Source: an uncultured bacterium | GTDB taxonomy: Bacteria > Babelota > Babeliae > Babelales > Babelaceae | Length of the DNA stretch: 64,000 bases | Reading direction: 5' to 3' | Assembly (NCBI GenBank): GCA_963713855.1 | Contig: OY970209.1 | Coordinates: forward strand, 480,001-544,000 | In this document: positions 46,130 through 57,800 of the stretch, piece by piece | Numbering within the stretch: position 1 is the first letter of the stretch | Layout of the letters: each line of letters opens with the position of its first letter | Position numbers and translations under genes: made by a program | The notes under the pieces: model-generated | The model's database searches: none | Seen by the model: the letters and a program-made list of their open reading frames with translations, nothing else | Told to the model about the DNA's origin: nothing

Positions 46130-46594
46130 ATGTTAACAATCATACTTAGCTTTCTCTTGGTATTAGCCGTCTTTAATACGTATCAGCTTAAGGGTGAAAA
46201 TTACGAGCAAAACTCTCTGGATACTATTGAAAACTTTAACAGCTCTGAATGTGCATCTTTAAAAGATAAACTGGATGGAGATAGTGAAGAGAAAAAACTT
46301 ACTCATGCACAAAAGTTAAACTTTATTCAAAATAAAATCAGTCAGCTTTTACAGGGTGTAGGCCATGAATGCGTCAACGATATTTGTACCGTTTACGTCG
46401 ATGTCAAGAACAGAGATTCACTTGAGTGCCTATGTCTTTATAATTACTTATTAAAATTATTAGGACACGATCCAGTGATGCCGCGCTATGCACTTGCAAG
46501 GATGTCATCTTTAATAGCTAACGAAACATATCCATTTTTCACCATGGATCAGGTAATCATGAGCCAGGATTATACGTTGTTTAGCCAAGAGTGA
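46130..46594 (+). CDS. Secreted hypothetical protein
   Basis: GAGGG RBS, signal-like N-terminus, 154 aa. Confidence 0.7.
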   Translation: MLTIILSFLLVLAVFNTYQLKGENYEQNSLDTIENFNSSECASLKDKLDGDSEEKKLTHAQKLNFIQNKISQLLQGVGHECVNDICTVYVDVKNRDSLECLCLYNYLLKLLGHDPVMPRYALARMSSLIANETYPFFTMDQVIMSQDYTLFSQE

Positions 46595-46635
46595 TAGCTG
46601 ATTATAATTCCCGGGTATCTTTTTGAAAATTCGGT

Positions 46636-47340
46636 TCACGGCTGTTTTTTGGTATCATCCATTTGCTTATCATACACGATATCAATAAGATGAGCTGCCG
46701 ATTTCCAGCTTAAGACTTCACCCTTGCTTCTCTTTTGGTTTTCAGCGCCCGCATAAATTACGTAGCTATGAGTGACTGTTGAATGAGCTATTTCCTTAAA
46801 ATGGTCTAATCCGGCAAAATAATCGTTAACGATTGTTCTTCCAGATTTGAGCTCAATAGAAATATTTCGGAACCTTTTTCAAGAATACAATCTATTTCAT
46901 TCCAGTGATTTTGCCGCCAAAAATAGAGATGGGGTAGGAGTGCGGTGTTGTAATATTGCTTTAAAAAATCGCTTATATGCTTTGTGGTAATACATTGCTT
47001 TTTTCAAGTTCAGCAATCGATAAAGGAAGCAGCGTTAAAATGGCTATTCTTCCAGAGAGTGTTTGAGTGATAGCTTGATTTACTAAAAAGTATTCTGATG
47101 CAGTCAGGATGAAATATCCCGGTATATTGTCCTGGTCAACCTGGGTTTGAAGTAAGAAAGAATAGTTGGTGCATTCTGAATTTCATCAAGGATGATGCCA
47201 TGCGGGTTTTTATAAAATTCTAAAAATTCCCTTGGATCTTGTGTGGCTTGAGCGCGCTTATCCAAGGGTTCTAAAGATATGTACAGATAATGTGAAAATT
47301 GTACAAGACTTTTATCGCTTAAAATAGTGACACGCTCCAA
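46636..47340 (-). pseudogene. Decayed AAA_14 / DUF4143 ATPase gene
   Basis: Fragments in different frames: YISLE, GIILDEIQNAP (Walker B), LYFWR...EIDCILE, IELKSG...YF.GL, VIYAG; Walker A and middle region lost. Confidence 0.8.
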
Positions 47341-47416
47341 AAACGACTCAATAAGTTAGGAATTAAGAGATGCAAAAGACCGCTAACGATCTTTTGCATC
47401 TTCATAACATAGATAC

Positions 47417-49813
47417 CTATTTACATAGAGGAAGGTTGGAGCAGATTCTGCGACGGCATACTTTAATGAACACGTCATTCGATCGGCCTTTTCTGCCATC
47501 TGAACTTGTAACATCTACAAAGAAAGTAGTGCTTCGTTTAGGTCGTACGATCGTTGTAACCGTCCTTTTTGATCTCGTTTTTTTGCGTCCGTTAGAAAAT
47601 TCTACTCGAAAAGGCGGTTTTCCTCCTTCTATCGTAGCGATCAAGCGATCGCCTTCGCCTGAAGAACATTGGCAAGCTTTTAGCTTAACTTTCAAAGCCT
47701 TGGGTTTAGGTTTCATTTGGGTTACGGTGATATGTGCAGTTGTTGTACAGTTATTTCCGTCTGTTACTGTTACAGCAAATGTTTGAGATGGCAGATTATC
47801 ACTTATCGTGACGACAAAGTTGGTTGTGACCGGCGATGTAGTAAATACCCTTGTAGTACCATTAGGAAAATGGACGGTAAATGGAGTCGCGGCCGTTATG
47901 TGTGCCTGTATCGTTGCGGTCTTATTTGTTTGCGCAATGTTAGTCAAGGTCACTATGGGCGATGGAATAGCATCCACGGTCACTGTATTTGAAGCATTAA
48001 CGCAGCCATTGGCATCGGTCAAAACAACTGAATATGTGGAAGTACCTACAGGCGGCTTAATGCCGGCGAATGTTACGGGCGATGTCGCTGCAGTGCGAGT
48101 AGCAATGACGGTTGCTCCTTGAAGAAGTCGTAGGGTGAAGGGACTCACACCGCCGGAAAAGTCTGTTGTAAGACTGATATTTGTGCCCTCGCAAATTGAT
48201 GTGCTTGACGATGTAAGCGTTACATCAGTTCCTGGGTCGACGATTATATGAACCGGGTTTGTCTCTGCGGCACATCCAGTTGCATCAAGGAGCAGCACAG
48301 AAAAAATTTCTCCCGGAGCTGTAACAATAACTCCTGGGCGTGTGAACGGTGAAGTGGTCGCAGTAAACGACATTCCATCACTAAAGAATAACTGAATAGG
48401 GCTTTTAAGAAACCCACTAAAGTTTACGATTAAATTAACGGTTGCGCTCGAAACATTACAAAACTTTGTAGCTGATGCGCTTAGTGTAGCTGCTGCTGTG
48501 GCTAAAGGTATATTGTTGCTGAATGGTGATGTGTTGCCTAAAGCCGATGTAGCTGTTGCACTGATAAAGTGTGCCGATGCGGGCGCCGGAGTAGCTGTCA
48601 AAACTTCGGTTTGGCCCGGGTTTACTCCGGTAGTTGAGCCAAGGAAAAATTGGCCTTCTGTGATTCCCGCACCATTGCGATTTACGTTATTTGCAAAGCC
48701 TTCAATCCTAAAGGTGGTTAATGGTGGATATGTTGGTGCCGTAAATAGAATGTTTGTTGAATTAATGCACTTACTTGCTTGAGTAAGCGTTGGAGGTAGT
48801 TGTCCAGCATTGGCGCCATTACTTAGAATTATACCGCTGGCCCCGTTATTAAAGATCGAGTCTTGAAGAATCGAATTTGTAGCACTTGAGCCATTTACTA
48901 TGGTGACTCCCCCAAGTGCGTTATTTTCGATTACGTTTGCTTGGCCGGTACCAGTTCCACCAATGAGATTTCCAGTGGCAACAGAGTCCAAAGTAAAATT
49001 TATTCCAAAGCCGCCATTGCCAAGAATGTGAGTACCCGTCACATCGGTTCCTATGAAATTTCCCTGAATGGTGTTGTTATGAAAAGCATGCGTCACATGA
49101 ATCCCGTCAGAGGAATTTCCCGAGATCACATTTTGCTCAATCAAATTGTTTGATGCGTTGTTCTCATAAGCGATACCTATGTGATTGTGTAGTGCCACTG
49201 CTCCCGTACTATCGACCCCGATAAGGTTTCCTTGAATGGTATAAGTGCCTAGTTCAGCACTTTGTATTAGAATACCTGCGCCTGAATTTCCCGAGATAAC
49301 GTTCTCGTCTGCGGCAAGTGGCCCGCCAATAAGAACAGATGGAGACTCTAAAATTCTAATTCCAGTCGTGTTTGGAACCGCAACAGTTCCCGTACTATCA
49401 GTGCCAATAAAGCAACCTTGAATGGTGGCCCTACCAGGGATTCCCCCGGGTGCCCCTACTTGGATACCTATCGTCCAGTGGTCAATCACCAGATTTTTGA
49501 TAGCTACGTTAGCACCACCAGCTATGAGAAAGCCTGTGCCTGAGCCAAAGCCATGAACAACCACCGTAGGAGCCCCCACTCCTCCATTTATGGTGATAGA
49601 TTGAGTGAGAGGGGGCAGTGCGCTAGTACAATTGATGATATGTGGTGGAGCACCTGGAATGCTAAAGTCTATAGTGTCACCCGATACTGCAGCCGTTATT
49701 GCAGCTCTAAGAGAACCTGCGCCCGCATTGTTCGTATTAGTCACTGTAATAATGGCACCATGGCATTTCACGCTTGTTAGCAAAAAAAGTAACGCAAAGA
49801 ATTTCTTCATCAT
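47417..49813 (-). CDS. Large secreted surface/adhesin-like protein (beta-helix plus Thr-rich Ig-like repeats)
   Basis: Signal peptide, VTNTNNAGAGSLRAAI, repeated IQGN.IG.D.TG / NVISGN, repeated DA.GC modules, basic Cys-containing C-terminus. Confidence 0.82.
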   Translation of the reverse strand: MMKKFFALLFLLTSVKCHGAIITVTNTNNAGAGSLRAAITAAVSGDTIDFSIPGAPPHIINCTSALPPLTQSITINGGVGAPTVVVHGFGSGTGFLIAGGANVAIKNLVIDHWTIGIQVGAPGGIPGRATIQGCFIGTDSTGTVAVPNTTGIRILESPSVLIGGPLAADENVISGNSGAGILIQSAELGTYTIQGNLIGVDSTGAVALHNHIGIAYENNASNNLIEQNVISGNSSDGIHVTHAFHNNTIQGNFIGTDVTGTHILGNGGFGINFTLDSVATGNLIGGTGTGQANVIENNALGGVTIVNGSSATNSILQDSIFNNGASGIILSNGANAGQLPPTLTQASKCINSTNILFTAPTYPPLTTFRIEGFANNVNRNGAGITEGQFFLGSTTGVNPGQTEVLTATPAPASAHFISATATSALGNTSPFSNNIPLATAAATLSASATKFCNVSSATVNLIVNFSGFLKSPIQLFFSDGMSFTATTSPFTRPGVIVTAPGEIFSVLLLDATGCAAETNPVHIIVDPGTDVTLTSSSTSICEGTNISLTTDFSGGVSPFTLRLLQGATVIATRTAATSPVTFAGIKPPVGTSTYSVVLTDANGCVNASNTVTVDAIPSPIVTLTNIAQTNKTATIQAHITAATPFTVHFPNGTTRVFTTSPVTTNFVVTISDNLPSQTFAVTVTDGNNCTTTAHITVTQMKPKPKALKVKLKACQCSSGEGDRLIATIEGGKPPFRVEFSNGRKKTRSKRTVTTIVRPKRSTTFFVDVTSSDGRKGRSNDVFIKVCRRRICSNLPLCK

Positions 49814-50122
49814 ACTTCACCTTGTTTTAAATATAATACCGCCCCCCTTCCGCAATCGCTAAAAATGACGCTTTATATCCTTTTTTAAAAAAATAATGAG
49901 TTTTTTTGATCTTTCAAAATGTACTAAACCTCTTTTAAGTCCACAATACATCGAGTGCACGAAGCTGGTGGGATGCTTTTTTATACCAACATTGTTTTAA
50001 CGCGTTTTGGGTAATAAAAATGTGGTATAATAAAAAATAGCTTATAAAATGGCTTAATTTAGCATCTTTTTAAGTGCTCTCTTTATGCCGTTTTGAAATA
50101 GAAAAATATCCACAAATCATTT

Positions 50123-51535
50123 ATGCCTCGAGAAAAACAAATGTCTTTCAATATACTTCTTACATGCTTTCTACTTATCGGTTGTTTTTCTCATCAGATT
50201 ATGAGTATGGAGGAGCGACCAGATCCATCAGCGCAAGCTTCATCTTCCGCTGATAAAGCAAAAACAAAGGCGAATAAAAGGCTTAAAAGAGCTGCCGAAA
50301 GTGGTAACAAAGATTTGGCAAAAAAAGCATGTGCCCAAGGCGCTGATATGTGGCTGCGTCATGCAGGCAAGGATATCACCTTTGTGGCTCAAGCGAACTT
50401 GCAAAAAGAATGGTCTAACTGGTTTTCAAATTACCGAGAAGAATCTATACAAAGACAGAGTCGACTTCATGAACGCATACTCAATCAAGACCTCAACGGC
50501 TTAAAAGAGCTTGTTGTGCAGGGTACTGACGTAAATGATTTATCTTATGGATCTGCACTTTCGAATGCGTTTTTACATCGTGCAACAGCGATTATTAGAT
50601 GGCTTATTCCGCGTTCTAATTTGCAGGGCATTTGCTCAAGCAGTTCTTTTCGAGCTCCGCTTGGTATAATGTGCACAGCGATATTGCACTCACAAAATCA
50701 CGAGAATTCTTTTTTGGATACGCTTATACAGTATGGTGCTACTGTGCACCCTACCGATAGATATGAAATCGCACCTCTAGATTTTTTCCTGCTTGAGTTT
50801 AAGCATCAATTTTTATCCAATCTTGAAGGGGTCACCATAGCAAAAGAAGGCAATGGTGGAGAAATGGCAAAAACATTTCGGTGGCTTATTTTTCACGGTG
50901 CACATTTATTTTGTGACCAAAACGTGTCTTTGTTGGCAACCTGCCTTACGACCTTTTTTGACCGCTTTTCACAAGCCATATACCAAGGCGATAACGCAGT
51001 CATTGCATCACGCGTGCAACTTCTTGCAAGCAAAGCTCCGTTCGAACTTTCTAATGAAGAGCTTAAGTCCATTAATACCGCATTAAAAGTAGCCGTTGGT
51101 ACGAGCAACGTTACTATTGTCAAATTATTGCTTGAACTATTTAGCACTAGTTTGGAACAAGGTACGCTTCGTGAAGCGCTAGTCTCGGCGGCTTTTATCG
51201 GCCACCTTGATATTTTTTTTCTACTCTACCAGAACCTTGATGCAAGTAAAAAAAACCAAAAATATATTAATAAGGCACTTCGCATAGCTTTGACTCGCGG
51301 CCATGAAGTTTTAATAAACGAGTTAGCCCGCAGGGCTCGAGACTACCTTGATTTGCCAGCGGCCGCGGGCCATGTGGTTACTCTACTACGCAATCAAAGA
51401 TTATCCAGTCGAGTGAGACTTAGGTACGAATCGTATTATCAATTCTTGATGGGGCTTCAGCCACTACAAGATTTTCGATCCGACCCTTTGTTATCAGGCC
51501 TTTTTTCTAGAACTCCTGCCGTTAATTATCTTTGA
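50123..51535 (+). CDS. Secreted ankyrin-repeat-like protein
   Basis: Signal peptide then SMEE; degenerate ankyrin motifs (AAESGN, GTDVN, ALVSAAFIGHLDI, ALTRGHE); start may be 50141. Confidence 0.7.
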   Translation: MPREKQMSFNILLTCFLLIGCFSHQIMSMEERPDPSAQASSSADKAKTKANKRLKRAAESGNKDLAKKACAQGADMWLRHAGKDITFVAQANLQKEWSNWFSNYREESIQRQSRLHERILNQDLNGLKELVVQGTDVNDLSYGSALSNAFLHRATAIIRWLIPRSNLQGICSSSSFRAPLGIMCTAILHSQNHENSFLDTLIQYGATVHPTDRYEIAPLDFFLLEFKHQFLSNLEGVTIAKEGNGGEMAKTFRWLIFHGAHLFCDQNVSLLATCLTTFFDRFSQAIYQGDNAVIASRVQLLASKAPFELSNEELKSINTALKVAVGTSNVTIVKLLLELFSTSLEQGTLREALVSAAFIGHLDIFFLLYQNLDASKKNQKYINKALRIALTRGHEVLINELARRARDYLDLPAAAGHVVTLLRNQRLSSRVRLRYESYYQFLMGLQPLQDFRSDPLLSGLFSRTPAVNYL

Positions 51536-51599
51536 CGCTTTTATCACCTTGACTGTTTATGCGTCTAAAATAGAATAGTAGTTGTCATTAGGAACAAGA

Positions 51600-52190
51600 A
51601 TGCATGTACCTTCCAGAAAACCGACTTATCCGATAAGTCCACTTATTCTTAACCGCTGGTCATCTCGTGCTTTTTCAGGTGAGCTTGTAACTCACGAGGA
51701 GCTTATGGCCGTTTTTGAGGCCGCCCGTTGGGCGCCTTCTTCAAGCAACAATCAGCCTTGGCGCTTTATTTACGCATGCAAAGATACTCCTTTTTGGAAG
51801 ACTTTTTTCGACCTTTTAGTTCCGGAAAACCAAAGTTGGGTGCAAAGGGCATCGGTGCTTATTTTAGTAATTTCTAAGCGTCTTTTAGCCTCAGGAAAAT
51901 CTTCTCGCACGCATTCTTTTGATGCAGGTGCGTCTTGGGAAAATCTTGCTCTTCAAGCTACTGCTTTAAACTTGGTAGCACATGCAATGAAGGGTTTTGA
52001 TTATGAAAAAGCTCGTCTATCTTTGGCTGTGCCTTCAACGTATACTATAGAAGCGATGATTGCTCTAGGCCGCAAAGGCTCGGACACTTTATTGACTCCT
52101 CGTGAACGGGAGCGGGAAAAACCGTCCGGGCGTAAAGAGCTTTCAGAAATAATTTTTGAAGGGTCGTTTTTTGAAAAATATGAACGATAA
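51600..52190 (+). CDS. Nitroreductase family protein
   Basis: RWSSRAF, EAARWAPSSSNNQPWRF, FDAGASW.NL.LQA, H.M.GFD. Confidence 0.92.
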   Translation: MHVPSRKPTYPISPLILNRWSSRAFSGELVTHEELMAVFEAARWAPSSSNNQPWRFIYACKDTPFWKTFFDLLVPENQSWVQRASVLILVISKRLLASGKSSRTHSFDAGASWENLALQATALNLVAHAMKGFDYEKARLSLAVPSTYTIEAMIALGRKGSDTLLTPREREREKPSGRKELSEIIFEGSFFEKYER

Positions 52191-52878
52191 CGATAGAAAG
52201 CTCATTGTAGACCACCTTGCCTCTTTCATTTCGCAAAAAAAATGGCAGAAGATGCAAGAGGTTGCTGATGAGCGTACAAAGCATATAACAGTTGTCTTAG
52301 AAAATTTGTATCAAGATTTTAATGCGAGTGCAGCTTTTCGCTCAATCGAGTGCTTTGGGTTGGCTGAAGTCCACTTGGTTGAGACTGAGGCTATACGTTC
52401 GGTAAATCGGAGTGTAAGCAAGGGAAGCGAACAATGGCTTACTATTAACACCTATCGCGGTGCGGATGCAGCCGAGCACTGTTTTGCTCACCTAAAGCAA
52501 CAAGGGTATCGGCTTATTGCGACAAAGCCTCACAAAAAAAGCTGCTCCCTGTATGACCTTCCACTTGATAAAAAAACGGCTCTCGTTTTTGGTGCTGAAC
52601 AATCAGGCGTGAGTCCTTATATCGAAAAGCACGTTGACAGCTTTGTTACGATACCAATGTATGGTTTTACGCAAAGTTTTAATGTTGCAGCTAGTGTTGC
52701 AGTCAGCTTATCTGATACGACCAAACGATTGAAAGAATCAGACATCCACTGGCAGCTTCAACCAGAAGAGCGTCTTGAACTGTTGTATCATTGGCTTAGA
52801 AGTACTATTCGGCACGCTGATTTGCTGGAAAGTCGTTTTCTTGCAGAAAGACGCGCTCAAAAGAAAGAGACCGAGTAA
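52180..52878 (+). CDS. trmH: tRNA (guanosine-2'-O)-methyltransferase, TrmH/SpoU family
   Basis: VVLENL....N.SA..RS...FG, ALVFGAEQSGVS, IPMYGFTQSFNVA. Confidence 0.88.
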   Translation: MNDNDRKLIVDHLASFISQKKWQKMQEVADERTKHITVVLENLYQDFNASAAFRSIECFGLAEVHLVETEAIRSVNRSVSKGSEQWLTINTYRGADAAEHCFAHLKQQGYRLIATKPHKKSCSLYDLPLDKKTALVFGAEQSGVSPYIEKHVDSFVTIPMYGFTQSFNVAASVAVSLSDTTKRLKESDIHWQLQPEERLELLYHWLRSTIRHADLLESRFLAERRAQKKETE

Positions 52879-53998
52879 TATGCTTACTAATCGCTGTCGT
52901 AATCTCGAGTGCAATAGTACCTACTGTGGCAGCATGTTTTGAAGGGCTTACTACAGGGTCCGGCCCTATAAGCGTCACTTCATCGCCAATGCTTACGCCT
53001 AAAACATCGGTAACATCGATAGTAGTAAGGTTCATGCTTACTACTCCAGCGATGGAAACTGGCTGAGATTTTATGAGAAAAGTGCCTTTGTTACTCAACG
53101 AGCGTGGCAGTCCTTCGGCGTAGCCCAAGGGTAAAATAGCAAGTGTTGTTGGACGGCTAGTTACAAAGCTTTTACCATATCCGACAGCTGTTCCTGGGGG
53201 TACCTTTTTAATGTGGATGATCTTAGTTTTCCAGCTTAAAATTGGCTTAAAGTGTGAGTTTGCAGGAATAGTTGTCAAACGTTGCCTGTCAAGAGCGTGA
53301 TACAAAAGTCCATACGCATGTGCTCCAACACGAGCCATGGTTAACTCTGGGTAAGAGTGTGTATGATGAAGTGATCCTGAAGAGAGTGCGTGAATGTATT
53401 GAGGATTGTAGCCAGCATCTTGGACCCCGCGCACCAGGCTGCAAAATACATTAAGTTGCTTATGAATGAATGTTTCATCCTCAATGCTTTTATCGGCAAG
53501 GTGCGTAAAAAGGCCTTCCACAATAAGTGGTGTTCTGCTTATTTGTGCTAATATTCCCCGTATCTCATCCGGCTCTATACCAAGCCTTACCATGCCCGTA
53601 TCCACCTTAAGATGAATGGATAAAGGTGAAGCATGTTTATACGCTGCTCTTATAACGCGTTCAAGCATGCCCTTGCTATAAATGCCAAGCGCTATTGAGT
53701 CTTTGAAAGCCGCATCAAATTGTGTTCCTGGATCATAGAGAGCAACGATGGGCTTACTAACTCCGGCGCTTCTTAGCTCTAGCGCCTCGTCTATTGTTGC
53801 TGTGCATAAAACATCTACCAGTGGATGCTCTTGGGCGAGCTTACCCACGATTTGTAAACCATGGCCGTAAGCATTTGCTTTTATGACGAGTGCTAACTGG
53901 GAAGAACCGATGGCCTTTTTTATTAAAGCTACATTACTTGAAAACGCCTGAGAATCGATTTCAATCCATGTGGGGTCACAAGAATTTTTTTGTCGCAT
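52805..53998 (-). CDS. alr: Alanine racemase
   Basis: VIKANAYGHG (PLP Lys), HLKVDTGMVRLG, GLFTH, VGYG, LGYAEG, G.VSM; start placed at MRQKNS. Confidence 0.95.
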   Translation of the reverse strand: MRQKNSCDPTWIEIDSQAFSSNVALIKKAIGSSQLALVIKANAYGHGLQIVGKLAQEHPLVDVLCTATIDEALELRSAGVSKPIVALYDPGTQFDAAFKDSIALGIYSKGMLERVIRAAYKHASPLSIHLKVDTGMVRLGIEPDEIRGILAQISRTPLIVEGLFTHLADKSIEDETFIHKQLNVFCSLVRGVQDAGYNPQYIHALSSGSLHHTHSYPELTMARVGAHAYGLLYHALDRQRLTTIPANSHFKPILSWKTKIIHIKKVPPGTAVGYGKSFVTSRPTTLAILPLGYAEGLPRSLSNKGTFLIKSQPVSIAGVVSMNLTTIDVTDVLGVSIGDEVTLIGPDPVVSPSKHAATVGTIALEITTAISKHITRSLSFERVFLQENDFPANQRAE

Positions 53999-54224
53999 AA
54001 AGCGGGTAAAAGTAGGCATATTTTTTGCAAACGTAAACATTAAACTATAGTTTAAAGTATTGGTTGATTGTTAGCAACAATAGCAAAAAATGTTGGCTTA
54101 AGACTTTTTTTTATGCTTTTTTTACGTTTAATCCAGAAGCGTGTGCAATAGCACTTTTTAAACAAATATGCTACACTAACATTTTAAGAGAGTGCTTAAT
54201 AGGTTAATCTTTTTTTGTACAATT

Positions 54225-54836
54225 ATGAGAAAAGGCATTATCTTGCGTTCTTTTCTGCCAGAAAAACGCACGCTTATTATACTTGATCAACTTGAAGGCA
54301 AGCACGTATGTATTCCGATGCGTCGCAAAAATTTTGCGGTATGTCAGGGTATGCTTGTTGAATACCAGCTTGAAGCATGGCGCAACACCTTTCTCATAAG
54401 TGAATGTGAGCCAGTAGCGCTACCAGCCTCTTGGCTGAGAGCAGATATCTTCTTTTTGCACGGTATTCTGCAGCTATGCTCTTCTTACCTGGTTGAACGA
54501 CAAGGATCAGTAAAAGTTTTTTCTCTTCTGCAGCTATTGTATTGTGCTAAAAGAATTCCCATTCAGCCACTTTTGAGTAAAAAATTTTTTATTTGTAAAC
54601 TTTTGTTTGCCCTTGGCCTCTATCCATCACATGTTTTGAGTGTAAAACCTCTGTTTTCTTCCTTGATTTCATCTCAAGAGGATAGTATGTTTAACTTTGA
54701 TTGCAATGAGACAGAGGAACAAGCAATAACAGCCTGGATTGCGGAATCTTTGCGTACAGCTCAAAGTGAAGTTCTTGGCCAAGCGCATACGTTTCCTTTT
54801 TTTAAAGCGTTGGATATCCGCGATGAAATTTGTTAA
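54225..54836 (+). CDS. Hypothetical protein, possibly divergent RecO-like
   Basis: N-terminal KGIILR..LD..EGK OB-like pattern, then helical region with KLLFALG.YP. Confidence 0.5.
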   Translation: MRKGIILRSFLPEKRTLIILDQLEGKHVCIPMRRKNFAVCQGMLVEYQLEAWRNTFLISECEPVALPASWLRADIFFLHGILQLCSSYLVERQGSVKVFSLLQLLYCAKRIPIQPLLSKKFFICKLLFALGLYPSHVLSVKPLFSSLISSQEDSMFNFDCNETEEQAITAWIAESLRTAQSEVLGQAHTFPFFKALDIRDEIC

Positions 54837-57800
54837 GTTTTTACTATGTTTTTTCTCTCTATTGGCCTTCAGGGTTGATGCCCAGCAGGTATCTTCGCAA
54901 TTGTCTTTAAGCTCTATTGAAAAGCAGCTTTCCGTTCTTCAAAAAGAAAAAGAGGAGGCCAGTGCTATTCAACGTACACAAGACCTTCCAGCTCGTGCGA
55001 ATGAGCAGAGGAGCCTACGAGCTAAATTTGCTAAAGCGTCTCCCCAAGATCAGGAGTTTTTGAATAAGAAAATATCACTGGTCGCGCAGGATTATCAGAT
55101 TTTAACTGAAATTGAGCGTGTATGGCAGCAGTATAAAACGATACTCGATGAGCACATAAAGATCTTACAAGAATACAAGAATGATCCTGAATTTTCTAAA
55201 CTTAAAGTTCCTGCAAAGGCGGCTTACGGTTTTGAGGAATTTGAAGAACTCGGTCGCCGGCTGTTTTCAATAAGAACACGGTTAGCCGACCTTGAAAAAA
55301 GTCGAGCTGCAGCATATGATGACCTTTCTAAACGTAAAAAATCGCGCGCCATGCTTGAAGAGGAATACCAAGAAAAGGTCAGGCAACAGGAAGACTTTGC
55401 CCGTGCTGAATCGACAGAGGGTCAAACCCACGTTCAAAATGCTGAATTAATAGATCTTCAAAAGAGGCTCTTAAACGATAAAAGGATTCTTGCCGAAGTC
55501 AAAACGAAGGAAGCAGAGCAGCGAATTAGCTACTTAGATAGTCAAACCACAATTGCACGAGCACAGCGAGCTCGGGTAAATGAGGATTACGAAGCGATAA
55601 AAAGGGCTTTGTATGTTGATGCATCATACGTCAAAAAAGCTGAATCTGAGCTTGAACGCAAGCGACATGAGTCGGCGGCAATTCGCGAACAGTTGCATGA
55701 CGATATAAAATCGAGCAGCTTTGCAAAAGAGGAGATGCACAAGAAGGTCACCGAGGCTGCAGAACGATTAGGCATTAATCCTGCCGGTTTACCGAATATA
55801 GGTGACTGGGATAAAACGCCAAGCAATGTACAAGAATGGAACGTTTTATGCCTTTTAGGGTACCTCGCTTTACAAGAATCGGTTATAGATTTAGGTAGAG
55901 AATACAAAGAAGCTTTAGTGGAGCTTGAAAAGGCTAAATTGAGGGGCGATGAAGTAACTGTTGCTATTATTCGATCATGGCACGCACTTACGAAAAGTAG
56001 GCTTGGTTTTAGTGCGCATGCTTTGCAACAAGAGATCAAATTCTATGAGGCTCCCAAAGCTGAAATTCAGGGTGATCTTGCTGTCCTTAATGAACGTAGA
56101 GCTCGAGCCCTGACGCTGATGCAAGAGCTTAATAGTCTCCTTGAGCGCATAAAAAAATTATCTGCGTCACTTAAAATGAATGAAATTGATTTTAAAGAGA
56201 ACGCCTCCCAGTTCGAGGTATGCACCCATCGCATGCATGAAGCTGAGGATCAAGTGCGTACTCGCATGTATTTGACTGCAAAATTGATTGAAACCTATTC
56301 TACAACGATTGCTCTTTTAGAAGGTACTAATAAGCGAATTGAGACGGTTGTTAATGAATTAGGAACCAAAAGTTTTTGGGGTCGCTCAGCCCTTTCTATA
56401 ACCTGGACAGAACTTAAAAATTTCTTTCCCGACATTAAGCGATTTACGTATGATGTCATTGCCGGAATGACTCTTACGGCAAAAAACTTCAGCATGTCAA
56501 ACGTTTATTCTTGGCTTTTTAAAAATAGGTCCGCCCCATCGATTCTTCTTTTCTTTTTACGTATTTTGCTTGCCCTCCTTTTGTATCTTGCTTTGCGTAT
56601 GTATATTCCCGTGGCCCGTGACTATTTTTCTTTACCCGGAGAGGGTCACCTCTTAAAAACAAGTATTCGCCTATGGGCGAGTTTTATACTCAATTTTATT
56701 AATAGACATTCATTAAGCCTTTTTTTGTGGCTTTTGGGGTTCATACTCGTCTATTATGAACTTGCTGGAAATGCTTACTGGTCGATATCATTCTATCTTG
56801 CCTCAATACCTTTTATGCTCTATATTGTGTACGCATTTTTTGCTGATTTTAAAGCTACTAACAGAAGATTTCATTATGGCCTTTTGAGTGAGACCTATGA
56901 GTCGCGGTTTATCGTTGTTGTCTCCTTGCTCTCCTATATAACGGTTGTGTTGTTTTTCTTCAGGGCTGCGTTCATTGCTGCGAATTATCATGCTTCGGCT
57001 GTGCCTGCCATTTTACTTGCGCTTAATTTTATCGTTTTCCAATTAGCTCTTATGAGCCTTATAAGCAAAGAGTGGATTTTGCAGCTTATACCACGTAATA
57101 CGCCGTTATGGGAATGGATATACGATAACGTTAGCCATTACTATTACATTCTTTGGCTTTTTATGATTGCCATCATCATTATGAGCAATCCGTACGTCGG
57201 CTATGGCAGACAAGTGCTCTACGTGCTTGCCAGATTGGTCATTATAGGCTCATTTATACCGCTATTCTCGTACTTATATACCCGTATTAGGCGCGTTTCA
57301 TCTAATCTGTTCTTTTATTACGGCTCTGGCGAGAATTTGGTGGAGCGATTTAAGTCGGCGCGTACTTGGTATGGCTTTTTTGTCGTTCTCATGTTTTGCG
57401 CTTTCGTCATTCTTGGCCTTATTGTTGGCGCGCGGGTTATAGGTTATCATGTCGATTTTCGCGACATACTTTCTTGGTTGAAGTATGAGCTTTATAGCCC
57501 GGGTTTTGATGACGTTGGTAGACGAATTGCAGTTACGCCACTTGCTTTTTTAAAAGTTATAGTCTTTTTCTTGGCAGGGCTTGTAGCGGCTTATGTTATT
57601 AACAATCTTATACTTCGGCGCATATTTGATCCCTTACTGGTAAGCTCCGGTATCCAAAATACGGTTTTTACCTTTAGCCGCTACGCAATCACTTTTATCG
57701 CGCTCCTCATTGGTTTTAAAACAGTTGGCTTACAGTCCTTTGCGATGCAGCTCCTTCTTCCTTTAGGTGCTTTGGCTCTTGCGCTTAAAGATCCTGTATT

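Noticed and set aside
47370..49862. Multiple plus-strand ORFs opposite the 798-aa gene (and similar shadow ORFs throughout the track)
   Set aside because: Antisense shadows of real genes; no motifs or RBS.
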